Below, piece by piece: positions 35,780-45,846 of a DNA stretch of 62,733 nt. The DNA is from Candidatus Doudnabacteria bacterium (GTDB lineage: Bacteria; Patescibacteriota; Doudnabacteria; UBA920), in contig PLYC01000021.1 in assembly GCA_003151625.1 (NCBI GenBank), positions 182,930-245,662 on the forward strand, written 5' to 3'. The stretch's first letter is position 1. Every line of letters begins with the position of its first letter. The notes under the pieces were generated by a model that was given only the letters and a program-made list of their open reading frames with translations, searched no databases and was not told the origin of the DNA. The position numbers and the translations under genes were made by a program.

Positions 35780-37105
35780 ATGCCAAAAAAATATTATGGT
35801 GTCCAGACAGAAAAGGCAATTAAGAACTTTCCGTTTAGTTTCAGGAAAACCCCAATGGAGTTTATGCTGGCCATTGTTGAAACCAAGAAGGCCGCGGCTA
35901 CAGCTCATTTTAAAGTGGGCGAATTGGATCGCAAAAGAAAAGAAGCAATTATTCGAGCCTGCGATGAAATTTTAGCTGGTAAGCTATGGGAGCAGTTTGT
36001 TTTGCCTGCTTTTCAGGGCGGGGCAGGGACGTCTAATCATATGAATGTCAACGAGGTAATAGCGGGGAGAGCTACGGAGATTTTAGCCGCAGCGGGAAAA
36101 AAAATTACGGTTCATCCCAATGACCATGTAAATATGTCGCATTCTACAAACGATGTTATGCCCTCGGCGTTTAAAATTACCGTTTATAGATTATCAGCGG
36201 AATTGTTAAAGACCATGGACGTTTTGGCGGAAAGTTTGGAAAAGAAATCGCGCGAATTTAAAACGATAGTCAAACTTGGCCGCACGCATTTGCAGGACGC
36301 CGTGCCAATAACGTTGGGCAGTGAATTCACGGCTTACGCGGAATATGTTAAGCGCGGGCAACAGAGAATTCAAATGGCCATGGTAAATCTTTTGGAATTA
36401 AATTTGGGCGGCACCGCGGTTGGTAATTCCATTAACGCCAGTCCGAAATATATTAAACAATTGTATCTTGAATTGCCAAAAATTTTAAAGTTAAAAGTCA
36501 AACCTGCCGGCAATTTTATGCCGCAAACCAGCAGTGACACCGATTTTGTCTGGCTGTCGCAAAGCCTGGTGGCATTTTGCGTGGATCTTTCCAAAATTTC
36601 CAATGATTTGCGCTGGCTGTCCGCCGGGCCAAAAGGCGGACTTGGAGAAATTAGTATCCCGGAACTTCAAGCCGGTTCTTCCATAATGCCAGGCAAGGTG
36701 AATCCGGTATTAATGGAAGCAGTAAGCCAATTATATTTTTTGGTTTCCGGAAATAATTTAACCATACAGCACGGTGCCGAAGGAGCGCAGCTGGAATTAG
36801 GAGTGATGCTTCCGGTAATGATAGACCGTTTGATGGAATCGTTAAAATTAATGGATGAAGTTTTGTTGCAGTTTTCCCAAAAGTGCATAGACGGCATAAA
36901 AGTTAACCGCGCCCGCTGTAAAGAACTCCTGGAAAAGTCCGCGGCGTACGCCACATTGCTTAGCCCAAAATTTGGTTACGATGCCACCAGCGAACTGGTG
37001 AAAGAATCCGTCAAAGGGGGAAAAACCATCCGCGAACTTGTGCTGGAAAAAAAGTTGATGACCAATAAAGAATTTGACGCGATAGTAAATTCATTTAAGC
37101 CTTAA
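35780..37105 (+). CDS. Class II fumarase / aspartate ammonia-lyase family lyase
   Basis: YYGVQT.KA..NF, QGGAGTS..MNVNEV, HPNDHVN, GRTHLQDAVP, GSSIMPGKVNP. Confidence 0.88.
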   Translation: MPKKYYGVQTEKAIKNFPFSFRKTPMEFMLAIVETKKAAATAHFKVGELDRKRKEAIIRACDEILAGKLWEQFVLPAFQGGAGTSNHMNVNEVIAGRATEILAAAGKKITVHPNDHVNMSHSTNDVMPSAFKITVYRLSAELLKTMDVLAESLEKKSREFKTIVKLGRTHLQDAVPITLGSEFTAYAEYVKRGQQRIQMAMVNLLELNLGGTAVGNSINASPKYIKQLYLELPKILKLKVKPAGNFMPQTSSDTDFVWLSQSLVAFCVDLSKISNDLRWLSAGPKGGLGEISIPELQAGSSIMPGKVNPVLMEAVSQLYFLVSGNNLTIQHGAEGAQLELGVMLPVMIDRLMESLKLMDEVLLQFSQKCIDGIKVNRARCKELLEKSAAYATLLSPKFGYDATSELVKESVKGGKTIRELVLEKKLMTNKEFDAIVNSFKP

Positions 37106-37698
37106 TGCACATTCTTCAAAATTTGGTTTTTGTTGGTGCCGCCGCTCAAGTCTTTGGGATATATCTGTACATAAAAGATATTTTTTATGGGCAAACAAAA
37201 CCTAATTTAGCTACTTGGACATTGTGGTTTGTAGCTCCAATGGTAGCTACCGCCGCCGCGCTATCCAAAGGAGTAAGGTGGTCGGTTTTGCCGCTATTTT
37301 TAGCCGGCCTTGGACCCTTTGTGGTCATTGTTGCCTCAATTTTCAATAAAAAATCTTATTGGCGCTTAAGAAAGGTTGACTACATTTGCGCGGCACTTTC
37401 TGTCGCGGCTTTGCTGCTTTGGGTGGCGACTAAAGACGCGAATTTAGCCATTATTTTTGCGCTTTTAAGCGATGGTCTGGCCGGTCTGCCGACAGTAATA
37501 AAATCGTATCATTACCCGGAGACGGAGACGACCTTAACTTATCAATTAGGAATTTTTAGCGCCGTTTTAAGTTTTTTTGCCATAAAACAATGGGTGTTTG
37601 CCGCGTATTCGCTTCCAATCTATTTAATTTTAATGAACGGGTCGCTAACCGCCTCGGCTTTTTTTGGAAAAAGAAAAATAACTAAACATATTATCTGA
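37105..37698 (+). CDS. Hypothetical multi-pass membrane protein
   Basis: About six hydrophobic helices; TKPN..TW..W and PT..K.Y..P..E repeats. Confidence 0.7.
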   Translation: MHILQNLVFVGAAAQVFGIYLYIKDIFYGQTKPNLATWTLWFVAPMVATAAALSKGVRWSVLPLFLAGLGPFVVIVASIFNKKSYWRLRKVDYICAALSVAALLLWVATKDANLAIIFALLSDGLAGLPTVIKSYHYPETETTLTYQLGIFSAVLSFFAIKQWVFAAYSLPIYLILMNGSLTASAFFGKRKITKHII

Positions 37699-38786
37699 TG
37701 CAAAAAATTTTAATCCTTCACACCTCCGTTGGCCTTGGGCACAAGAGTATTGCCGAGAATATTGGCTTTTATTTGGAGCTGGCGGGCTACACTGTGAGGC
37801 TGGCGGATATCGGAAGTGTGCAAAAGGGCAGGTTTGAAAAAGTTGTTGTAGAAGTTCATCGATTTATTAACAAAAACCTGCCGTTTGTCTGGGGCTGGCT
37901 TTATCGGTGGGGGCATTATGCTGTTTTGCCGTTTAGGGTTTTTATTGCCGGGTTTAATTATAAGTTCGCTAAAAGTTATATTGACGACTTCCGGCCCGAT
38001 GTCATTATTACCACCCAGACCACGGCCTCGGCTGTCGTGGCCTATTTAAAAAAACAAAAATTATATAAGGGCTTATTCGGCATCGCGTTTTCCGATTTCC
38101 ACTTGCACAAGTATTGGTTATACGGTGAAGCCGATTTTTATTTGGCCAATACCGAGGAGCAAAAACAGGAGATGGCGGCTCAAAAAATATCAGCTGACAA
38201 AATTTTTGTTTGCGGGATAACTTTAAAGCCGCAGGCAAAAGTTGATACGGCATCAGTAAAACAAAAACTAGGCATCCGGTTTGAAGAAAAGGTGGTGTTG
38301 GTTGGTACTGGTTCACTGGGTGTGGGCTTTAGGGAAGGGGGTTTGGAGGAACTGACAAAATTGGAGAATACAAAAATAATATTTGTTTGCGGAAAAAATG
38401 AAGAGCTGTACAAAAAAATTAAAGGTTTAAATTATAGGAATGTCATCCTGCTTGGTTTTTATCAGCCAATGGATGAACTTTATTCCATTGCAAATATTTT
38501 TGTGGGCAAGCCCGGAGGATTAAGCACCGCGGAATCGTTTAGATTGAATTTGCCGTTGATTGTAAGTTTTACACTGCCAGGGCAGGAAGAAAAAAATCTT
38601 AAATTTTTGTATGACAAAAACTTGGTTTTAACCCGAACAAAAAATTTAGTCTTGGCGGTAAAACAAGAACTTAAAACAGGCTCATTTAGGGAATCATTAA
38701 AAAATAATCCGGAAAAAGTTAAGCTTTTGGGCAACGGCGCTGAACTTATTTTGGCTGTAAACCGGGCGCTAACCAGGCCTGTTTAA
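37698..38786 (+). CDS. GT28 / MGDG-synthase-like glycosyltransferase (UgtP-like)
   Basis: SVGLGHKSIA, D...H..W, VCGKNEEL, GF...M.EL, GKPGGLS..E, PGQEE.N. Confidence 0.82.
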   Translation: MQKILILHTSVGLGHKSIAENIGFYLELAGYTVRLADIGSVQKGRFEKVVVEVHRFINKNLPFVWGWLYRWGHYAVLPFRVFIAGFNYKFAKSYIDDFRPDVIITTQTTASAVVAYLKKQKLYKGLFGIAFSDFHLHKYWLYGEADFYLANTEEQKQEMAAQKISADKIFVCGITLKPQAKVDTASVKQKLGIRFEEKVVLVGTGSLGVGFREGGLEELTKLENTKIIFVCGKNEELYKKIKGLNYRNVILLGFYQPMDELYSIANIFVGKPGGLSTAESFRLNLPLIVSFTLPGQEEKNLKFLYDKNLVLTRTKNLVLAVKQELKTGSFRESLKNNPEKVKLLGNGAELILAVNRALTRPV

Positions 38787-38902
38787 TAGCTATTGACTTG
38801 TTGCACAGGGGGGTTTGACGTAATTTTACCAATGGTTTATTATTAAGATAACTTAGAGAGAATAGTTACAAAGTTTTTCAAGAATTCATTAACTTCAAAT
38901 TT

Positions 38903-39487
38903 ATGGCGAAGAGAGAAAAAACATCGTTTTTTGGGAAGATAATGGGGGGCAGTGTTACAGACGACACAGTTATAACGCAGCCTGTTTCACAAATGCAGGA
39001 AGAAAGCTTAGCCGAAGAATTGGCTTCGGATGACGAAGAAGTCGTGGATCAGGAAATGGTCATAGAGGAAGACGTTGTTCAACCCGTGGCGGCGGCTCCC
39101 AGGCAGGCGCAAAACAGCGAAGCAAAGGAAGGCAACGAAGAGTGGCTTAATGACTTTGAAGGCCAACTGAACATAGATATGTATCAGACCAAGGACAATG
39201 TTATTATCAAATCCACTATTGCCGGAGTCCGCCCGGAAGACATAGACATTACCGTGGCCAACGACATGGTCACCATAAAAGGCGCCCGCCGCAAAGACGA
39301 AAGCGTGCCGCAGGACGACTACTTCTACCAGGAATGCTACTGGGGAAATTTCTCTCGCTCGGTAATTATTCCCGTAGACATTGAAAGCGAAGAAATCGAA
39401 GCCGACTTAAAAGATGGAATTCTTACCGTAATAATTCCGAAGGCCGCTAAGGCAAAGACTAAGAAGGTAAAAGTAAAAGGCTTGTAG
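38903..39487 (+). CDS. Small heat-shock protein (Hsp20) with an acidic N-terminus
   Basis: IDMYQT, AGV.PEDIDI, YWGNFSRS...P, A.LKDG.L...IPK. Confidence 0.9.
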   Translation: MAKREKTSFFGKIMGGSVTDDTVITQPVSQMQEESLAEELASDDEEVVDQEMVIEEDVVQPVAAAPRQAQNSEAKEGNEEWLNDFEGQLNIDMYQTKDNVIIKSTIAGVRPEDIDITVANDMVTIKGARRKDESVPQDDYFYQECYWGNFSRSVIIPVDIESEEIEADLKDGILTVIIPKAAKAKTKKVKVKGL

Positions 39488-39531
39488 ACAAACAGATAGG
39501 TACGGATATTGCAAATGGATTAACACGCATA

Positions 39532-39564
39532 TAAAATCCCTCCCGATTTTCGGGAGGGATTTTA
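39532..39564. terminator. Bidirectional terminator between hsp20 and the PIN gene
   Basis: TAAAATCCCTCCCG-ATTTT-CGGGAGGGATTTTA. Confidence 0.75.
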
Positions 39565-39572
39565 TATAGTAT

Positions 39573-39938
39573 TTAAATTTCAATGACCGTTATTTCCCTT
39601 ATCTTCTTAAATTGTTGATCTTGAGTAACAAGAGGCAATCTCCTCAAGATTGCTGTAGCCGCGATGCCCGCATCGGGAAGTTCTAAACCATACAACCTGC
39701 GGCAGTAGGCGGCCATATCGGCAATACTTTCGTCAAACGGCACAGAGACAAATGTTTCTAAAAAGTTTTTAATATCCTGGATATCTTTCTCGTTTAGCCT
39801 CTTTAGCGACAATATTTCAGCTGTGGTAATGGATGAAATAACAAAAACCCGGCCTTCCCAACGCCAGGTTTTAAGCTGTTCTACAATTTTTGCTTCGCCA
39901 TTAAGGTAGCGAATTAAGATGTTGGTATCAAAAAGCAT
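39573..39938 (-). CDS. vapC: PIN-domain (VapC-like) toxin
   Basis: LFDTNILI, IS.IT.AE, L.LPDA.IAATA, LVTQD..F. Confidence 0.88.
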   Translation of the reverse strand: MLFDTNILIRYLNGEAKIVEQLKTWRWEGRVFVISSITTAEILSLKRLNEKDIQDIKNFLETFVSVPFDESIADMAAYCRRLYGLELPDAGIAATAILRRLPLVTQDQQFKKIREITVIEI

Positions 39939-40139
39939 TTATTTGGATATTTTCTCCAATTTAGCCATCCTGGCCGCCCAGCCTTTACGGATTTGTTTCT
40001 GGTAGCTTAAGGCGTTAACTTTCTTTTTACCTTTTAGAATTCCGGCAACTCTAATCCAGCTTTGCGGCAAAGGATAGCGCAAAGTTTTTAGTTCCAGAGG
40101 AGTAATAATTTTTGCTTGTACTAAAGCTTTAATAGGCAT
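39939..40139 (-). CDS. Putative antitoxin
   Basis: 66-aa gene abutting and upstream of the PIN gene; W...AGIL.G...AL.YQK.IR..W tail. Confidence 0.65.
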   Translation of the reverse strand: MPIKALVQAKIITPLELKTLRYPLPQSWIRVAGILKGKKKVNALSYQKQIRKGWAARMAKLEKISK

Positions 40140-40617
40140 ATATTTTTTTATATGCTTGTCTTCGGCTTATATCTAGCCGAATAGGGCTGACGCCCCGCAA
40201 GCACACTTTAATATTATGGAATTGCTAATATAATGTCAAGGATTTGCCAGCTATTAGTAATTGTTTTCTGTCCCGATGTCTTATGCGCTGTTTGCTATTG
40301 CCCATCCTTCGCAATGGGTTGCATAAGGAACAGTAGGCTTTTCGGCGTGTATATTTTCTTTTGTAATGCATAATATTAAAGACGATATAGATTCTTTATT
40401 TGTTACACTTTTAAATAAAATAAAAAACACCCTGGAACCATTCGCGCGAATGATCCCAGGTCAGAATAAAAGAAACTGCCGGAGCGTTTAGCCACGTCGT
40501 TCGCGAACGACGTGGTGTGATGCGCTCCGGCAGTTTTGATTTGGCTGGCCATCGTATTTTGATGCGGATGCCGGCAGTTAGTCCTCCTTTGCCTTGAACG
40601 ATTAGATAAATCCCGCA

Positions 40618-40911
40618 CTATCTCGACATTCTAGCGAGAAATTTTTCGTGGCAATCATCCGCACATCTTCGGCTACAATACGGGTAGTAATAGTCGCGGG
40701 GTTTCACTTGATTTGGGATCCTGTCGCAACCTTCATTTTTACATCTACTTCCTTCATCAGCATCCAATAAACCATCTCCACATTGAGGACAGTGCTTAGG
40801 ATCTTTGCCTAGAGGTTGTTTTGAAGCGGATGCATTGTAATCGTAGGTAAACTTGCAACGAAGGCAAACTAGGTGCTTGATTTTGTGTGCTTTTTTTAGT
40901 TCCTTTTCCAT
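40618..40911 (-). CDS. Cys-rich putative zinc-binding orphan
   Basis: CLRC, CPQC, C..EGC, CSRRC; AGGAGG Shine-Dalgarno at 40918-40923. Confidence 0.65.
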   Translation of the reverse strand: MEKELKKAHKIKHLVCLRCKFTYDYNASASKQPLGKDPKHCPQCGDGLLDADEGSRCKNEGCDRIPNQVKPRDYYYPYCSRRCADDCHEKFLARMSR

Positions 40912-41033
40912 GAAAATCCTCCTTCAACAGATTATACTGTCAGAAATAAAAATATAAGTCAAAATAAATTGACTGAATTTTAAATACTTGACAATTATCA
41001 CTGTAATTGTTATAGTTTATTGTTATAATATGG

Positions 41034-41053
41034 TTGTCAAATTTTATTGACAA
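41034..41053. promoter_or_regulatory. Candidate operator TTGTCAA-N6-TTGACAA
   Basis: Perfect arms upstream of TrmB 41096; weaker copies at 40957-40974 and 48467-48486. Confidence 0.4.
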
Positions 41054-41095
41054 AGTTAAGAATATTTTCGATAAAGTCAGTAATGGGATGCTAAT

Positions 41096-41854
41096 ATGGA
41101 AGAAGAGCTGCTAAAATTAGGCTTAAATAAAAATGAGGCCAAAATTTATTTGGCCGGTTTGAGTATAGGGCCGGCTACGGCGCATAATTTAGCAGAATAT
41201 ACTAAAATCAAGCGCCCCACGGTGTATTTTGCCTTAAGTCGTTTGGAGGAATTTGGACTGGTGTCGGAAACTCGCGCAAACAAAAAAACGCTTTTTCAAA
41301 CAGAACCTCCGGAAAAGTTGGAAAGGCTGACTAAAAGAATGCGCCGCAAAGTTATTGACGCGGAGCTGATGTTGGAGATTTTAATTCCGAATATGAAAAA
41401 ATTACCACAAGTTTCGACAGAGGAATCTAATGTGTTCGTTTTTCATGGCAATAACGGCGTAAAAAATATATTGCTTGATGTTTCGGCTTCTACTTCTTCC
41501 TGGTACGTTTTTGGCTCAGCAACGAAAATCTTAACACAGATAGCGCATTTGGATTTAAGGGAAATTCTGGAAGAAGGTGAAAAACTGCGGCAAAAGTCGG
41601 GCCGGCCAAAAATTTATTTTATCACCGACTCCGGGATACTTGCTTTAAAAGAATTTCAGGAATATAAGCCGGAACGCAGGGAAATTAAAATTTTACCTTT
41701 AACAATAAAAAATAGTTCAATTTTTATTATTTATCAGGATAAGTTGGCAATCATCAATTTAGGAACTCAAGCAATGGCTACGGTTATCCAAAACAGAGAA
41801 GCTGTGGAAGTGGTTAAGGTGATGTATCAGTTGATCTGGAAAAGTTTGCCGTAG
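41096..41854 (+). CDS. TrmB-family HTH transcriptional regulator (paralog of 48490)
   Basis: LGLNKNEAKIYLAGL..GP.T...LA..TKIKRPTVY; long identical blocks shared with 48490-49254. Confidence 0.82.
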   Translation: MEEELLKLGLNKNEAKIYLAGLSIGPATAHNLAEYTKIKRPTVYFALSRLEEFGLVSETRANKKTLFQTEPPEKLERLTKRMRRKVIDAELMLEILIPNMKKLPQVSTEESNVFVFHGNNGVKNILLDVSASTSSWYVFGSATKILTQIAHLDLREILEEGEKLRQKSGRPKIYFITDSGILALKEFQEYKPERREIKILPLTIKNSSIFIIYQDKLAIINLGTQAMATVIQNREAVEVVKVMYQLIWKSLP

Positions 41855-42104
41855 GAAGAATGTTGGATTTTCAACCTCTCTGTCGTTCGGGTGCACTCAC
41901 GCCATCTCTCCTCGCCAGGGGAGAAGGGGAACACGGGAAGGGGAGTTTTAAGTTCGGCGAAAAAATGGTAGAATAAGGTGGCGAAATCAAATTAACTTAT
42001 TTAACACACCCTCTCTGCCCCTCGGAAGCACTCGGGGCATCTCCCCCATCCGCCTTCGCTAAAGCTATGGCGGACAAGAAGGGGAAGAAGGGGGACACGA
42101 AATT

Positions 42105-44390
42105 ATGGCTAAAAGAAAAAAAGACAAAATAGAGAAGGAAGAAAGAAAATTTCCCAAACCTAAATTAAATTTGGCGCCGGAGACCAAGCGCGGCATTGTG
42201 GTGGTTGTTTTTGTGGCTGTGGCTTTGCTCGTGGTTTTAAGTTTGGCCGGTTTGGCCGGCTCTTTGGGCCAGCAATTATTCAGATTTTTAACTTTGGCTT
42301 TTGGCGTTTTAAGCTACGCGGTACCGGTAATTTTATTGGCCGTAACCGTATCCCTTTATAATCAGGATTTGGAAAAGCAGGGACGCGGCAGCAGTTTTTA
42401 TTGGCGGACTTATTTGGGCGCCATGCTGTTGACCGGAAGCATTGGCGGGCTTATACATATGTTTTTTATTACTCCCCAGCAAACCGCTTTTGCCTTGGCC
42501 GACCAGGGCAGCGGCGGCGGGTATTTTGGCGCGCTGTTTGCCCAGCCAAGCTTTAACTATTTGGGTTTTTGGGCCGGCAGTCTGGTCTTATTTGCTTTGG
42601 CGATAATTAGCATTTTAATTACTTTTGATATTTCCATAAAAGCCTTGTGGCCAAAATCGGAAGAGGAAGATAACAAATCGGAAGACAAAGAACAAACCAT
42701 AAAGCCAGTCCAGCTTAAAATAAACTCCATGGGTAAAGAAGGTTTTATTAAAGAACCGGTCATGGATAAAAACCCCAGAGTTAACGATAACCCTTCGACA
42801 AACTCAGGGCCTAACGGCGATAGCATCAAAGTAAAACCGCAAACTATCCAGCCGACTAAAGTTGTAAACGCCGGCAAGAATGACGGGCTGAAACTCGAAG
42901 CCATAACCTTGGAAGACCGCAAAGACTGGAAACTGCCGAATTTTGATTTGTTGGACGACAGCCACGCGACCGTGGACAGCGGTAATATTGAAATTAACGT
43001 TTCCATTATAAAAAAGACTTTAATGGATTTTGGCATAGACGTGGAAATGGGCGAGGTTAATGTTGGACCTACCGTAACACAATATACTTTAAGGCCGGCT
43101 GTGGGGGTGAAGCTTTCGCAAATTGCGGCGCTGCAGAACGATTTAGCCCTGGCATTGTCCGCGCATAGTATCCGTATGGAACTGCCGATTCCGGGCAAAG
43201 CGCTGGTTGGAATTGAAGTCCCCAATAAGTCCACGGCCATTGTCCGTTTGCGCGAGGTTATGCAAACCAATGAATTTGTTAATTATAAAAGCAAACTGGC
43301 CATTGCTTTGGGTCGCGACGTTGCCGGGCATCCCGTGGTGGCGGATTTGGCCAAAATGCCGCACATGTTAATTGCCGGCGCCACGGGTACGGGCAAGAGC
43401 GTGGCAATAAACAGTTTGTTTATTTCACTTCTTTATCGTAATACTCCGCAGGACGTAAAGTTTATTGTGATAGATCCAAAAAGAGTGGAGCTGAATTTAT
43501 ATAACGGCATCCCGCATTTGCTGACGCCGGTTATTATAGAAAATGAAAAAGCCGTGAACGCGTTAAAGTGGGCGGTCGCGGAAATGGATCGCCGCTACAA
43601 ATTGCTTTCTGAAGCCGGGAAAAGAAATATTTTGGAATACAATGAAGCTTCCGCCTCGGATCGACCGAGTCGAGACGGGTCAGGCTTGCCGCTGCCCTAC
43701 ATTGTAATTTTGGTGGATGAGTTGGCAGACTTGATGGCTGTGGCGCAGGCCGACGTGGAATCGGCCATTGTTCGTTTGGCGCAAATGGCGCGCGCTGTGG
43801 GGATTCACTTGGTGCTTGCCACCCAGCGTCCGTCCGTCGATATTATTACCGGATTAATTAAGGCCAACATTACTTCCAGAATCGCGTTTGCCGTGGCCAG
43901 CCAAATAGACAGCCGCACAATTTTGGACAGCGGCGGGGCGGAAAAACTTTTGGGCAACGGGGACATGCTTTATGTTTCGGCGGAGTTCAACAAACCAAAA
44001 AGAATCCAAGGAGCGTTCATTGGCGAGAAAGAAGTCAGAAAAGTTGTGGATTTCTTTAAAGTTCAAACCGGTGCGGTAATTTATAACGAGGAGATTTTGG
44101 AAAAGCCAAAAAGACCCCTGGGAATTCCTGGCATGGAAGAGGGCGGCGGCGATGACGATGATCCTCTTTTGCAGGAAGCCACCGATGAAGTTAAACGGGC
44201 CGGTAAAGCTTCGGCCAGTTTGCTTCAGCGCCGTCTGCGGGTTGGTTACGCGCGCGCGGCCAGGCTCTTGGATATTTTAGAGAGCCGGGGGATTATTGGT
44301 CCGGGCGAAGGCGCAAAACCGCGCGAAGTCTATGGAGTAATTCCGCCGGATGAGAAGGCGGAGTATGGAATAGAAGATATACAGGAATAA
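42105..44390 (+). CDS. ftsK: DNA translocase FtsK/SpoIIIE
   Basis: 4TM N-terminus, GP.VT.Y, PIPGK..VGIEVPN, AGATGTGKS, IDPKRVEL, DELADLM, LATQRP, gamma domain LQRRLRVGYARAA. Confidence 0.97.
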   Translation: MAKRKKDKIEKEERKFPKPKLNLAPETKRGIVVVVFVAVALLVVLSLAGLAGSLGQQLFRFLTLAFGVLSYAVPVILLAVTVSLYNQDLEKQGRGSSFYWRTYLGAMLLTGSIGGLIHMFFITPQQTAFALADQGSGGGYFGALFAQPSFNYLGFWAGSLVLFALAIISILITFDISIKALWPKSEEEDNKSEDKEQTIKPVQLKINSMGKEGFIKEPVMDKNPRVNDNPSTNSGPNGDSIKVKPQTIQPTKVVNAGKNDGLKLEAITLEDRKDWKLPNFDLLDDSHATVDSGNIEINVSIIKKTLMDFGIDVEMGEVNVGPTVTQYTLRPAVGVKLSQIAALQNDLALALSAHSIRMELPIPGKALVGIEVPNKSTAIVRLREVMQTNEFVNYKSKLAIALGRDVAGHPVVADLAKMPHMLIAGATGTGKSVAINSLFISLLYRNTPQDVKFIVIDPKRVELNLYNGIPHLLTPVIIENEKAVNALKWAVAEMDRRYKLLSEAGKRNILEYNEASASDRPSRDGSGLPLPYIVILVDELADLMAVAQADVESAIVRLAQMARAVGIHLVLATQRPSVDIITGLIKANITSRIAFAVASQIDSRTILDSGGAEKLLGNGDMLYVSAEFNKPKRIQGAFIGEKEVRKVVDFFKVQTGAVIYNEEILEKPKRPLGIPGMEEGGGDDDDPLLQEATDEVKRAGKASASLLQRRLRVGYARAARLLDILESRGIIGPGEGAKPREVYGVIPPDEKAEYGIEDIQE

Positions 44391-44454
44391 TTCTTGAGAT
44401 ATTGACAAAAATAAAAAAATTGACAAAACGGTAAACACTATTTTTTATAAATAG

Positions 44455-44512
44455 TTGCCGTCCCGAGCCGCTTTTAGCGGAGAGGGATCCCTCACTTCGT
44501 TCGGGACGGCAG
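44455..44512. repeat. Palindromic element related to family B
   Basis: TTGCCGTCCCGAGC...GAGGGATCCCTC...TCGGGACGGCAG. Confidence 0.55.
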
Positions 44513-44553
44513 TAAAACTGCCGTTTTGTTAATTTTTTAAATTTTGATCAATT

Positions 44554-45525
44554 TTGTCATTACTAATTATGATTTTTGAACAGAAAAAAATCCATATAGA
44601 GACTTTGAGCGAATACCTGGCTTCGGTCAGGAATAATTTAAATTTATCCCTGGAAGAAGTCAGTAAAAAAACCGGGATTATTGTAAAATTTTTGCAGAGC
44701 CTGGAAAATGGAGATTTCAGACCTTTGCCCGCCGACGTTTATGTAATAGGATTTTTGCGGCAGTTGGCTGAACTTTATTCGGTAGATGCCGGTGAGTTGA
44801 TTCTACAGTATAAAAAAGAAAAAAACATTCAAAAGCAGGTTTCAAAACAGGGTCAAGTTTTTGCCTCGGGCTGGCACAAAAAATATTTAGGTAAACTGGT
44901 TATTACCCCGAAAGTCCTTAGCGTAATTTTGGGATTGTTGTTTGTCTCCCTGACTTTGGGATACATAATTTGGCAATTGTGGTCCATAAACAGAATGCCG
45001 TTTTTGTCCGTGGCCGAGCCACAAAATAATTCTGTCATTTCCGGAAGCGTGGTTAGTGTGTCGGGTGTTACCGATCCGGGCGCTGACGTAAGCGTAAATG
45101 GCCAGGATATTTTTGTGGACAGCAAAGGGGGTTTCCAAACCCAGGTGGCTTTAAGCCCGGGACCGGAAGAAATAACTATTACATCGGCCAACCGCTTTGG
45201 GAAATCCGCCAGCCGAGTTATAAATATAACCGGCGCCGGCAGTGCGGCTTCTGTCGCAAGCCCTTTGCAGTTAACGTTAAGTTTTACCGGAGCAGTTATT
45301 ATTACCTTTAATATAGACGACCAGTCTCCTCAAACCGTGAATTTTAGCGCGGGTGATAATAAAACTTTTTCTGCTAATCAGAAAATTTTAATTTCCACCT
45401 CCGATGCCGGAGCCACCAAAGTTAGCTTAAACGGGCAGAACCTGGGCGCAATGGGTCGGCCAAAAGAACAGTTAAGCAATGTGCCGTTTTTTGCCCAGGC
45501 AACTAGTACCCCTGTAGGTAAATAA
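44554..45525 (+). CDS. RodZ-like protein (HTH, TM, Ig-like, DUF4115-like)
   Basis: L.E.L...R....LSLEEVS..T.I....L..LE.G.F..LPA.VY..GFLR; TM; DAGA.KV.LNG..LG.MG C-terminus; ftsK-rodZ-recA synteny. Confidence 0.8.
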   Translation: MSLLIMIFEQKKIHIETLSEYLASVRNNLNLSLEEVSKKTGIIVKFLQSLENGDFRPLPADVYVIGFLRQLAELYSVDAGELILQYKKEKNIQKQVSKQGQVFASGWHKKYLGKLVITPKVLSVILGLLFVSLTLGYIIWQLWSINRMPFLSVAEPQNNSVISGSVVSVSGVTDPGADVSVNGQDIFVDSKGGFQTQVALSPGPEEITITSANRFGKSASRVINITGAGSAASVASPLQLTLSFTGAVIITFNIDDQSPQTVNFSAGDNKTFSANQKILISTSDAGATKVSLNGQNLGAMGRPKEQLSNVPFFAQATSTPVGK

Positions 45526-45629
45526 TTAAAAGTTATCCACAATTTATATTGGGTTCAATTGGAAAATGTTGTGCATATCTGTAAGTAGTATGCCGCATTT
45601 CGTCAGTGTTTATTGGCATTTTAACAGAA

Positions 45630-45658
45630 TTGACAATAGGTGAACGTTCGTATATTAT
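45630..45658 (+). promoter_or_regulatory. Sigma70-type promoter upstream of recA
   Basis: TTGACA-17 nt-TATTAT. Confidence 0.55.
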
Positions 45659-45846
45659 TAGATTACAGATTCAAGATTTTAGATTAAAGTCAGATGAAAG
45701 TAGAAGATCTAAACGTATATAATAAAATTATTAATTTTTATTAACCAATATGAAGAATGTCCAAAAATGCTTTATGGTTTAGAAAAATCTTTACACAGTA
45801 AAAAGAAATCTTAAATCTTTCAACTTAATTTTTTAATCTAACATCT

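Noticed and set aside
40403-40618. 71-aa ORF downstream of the Cys-rich gene
   Set aside because: Atypical composition, dominated by a strong hairpin; not listed as a CDS.
45642-45649. GAACGTTC in the recA promoter as an SOS (Cheo) box
   Set aside because: It lacks the 4-nt spacer of GAAC-N4-GTTC, and no lexA is in the window to support it.
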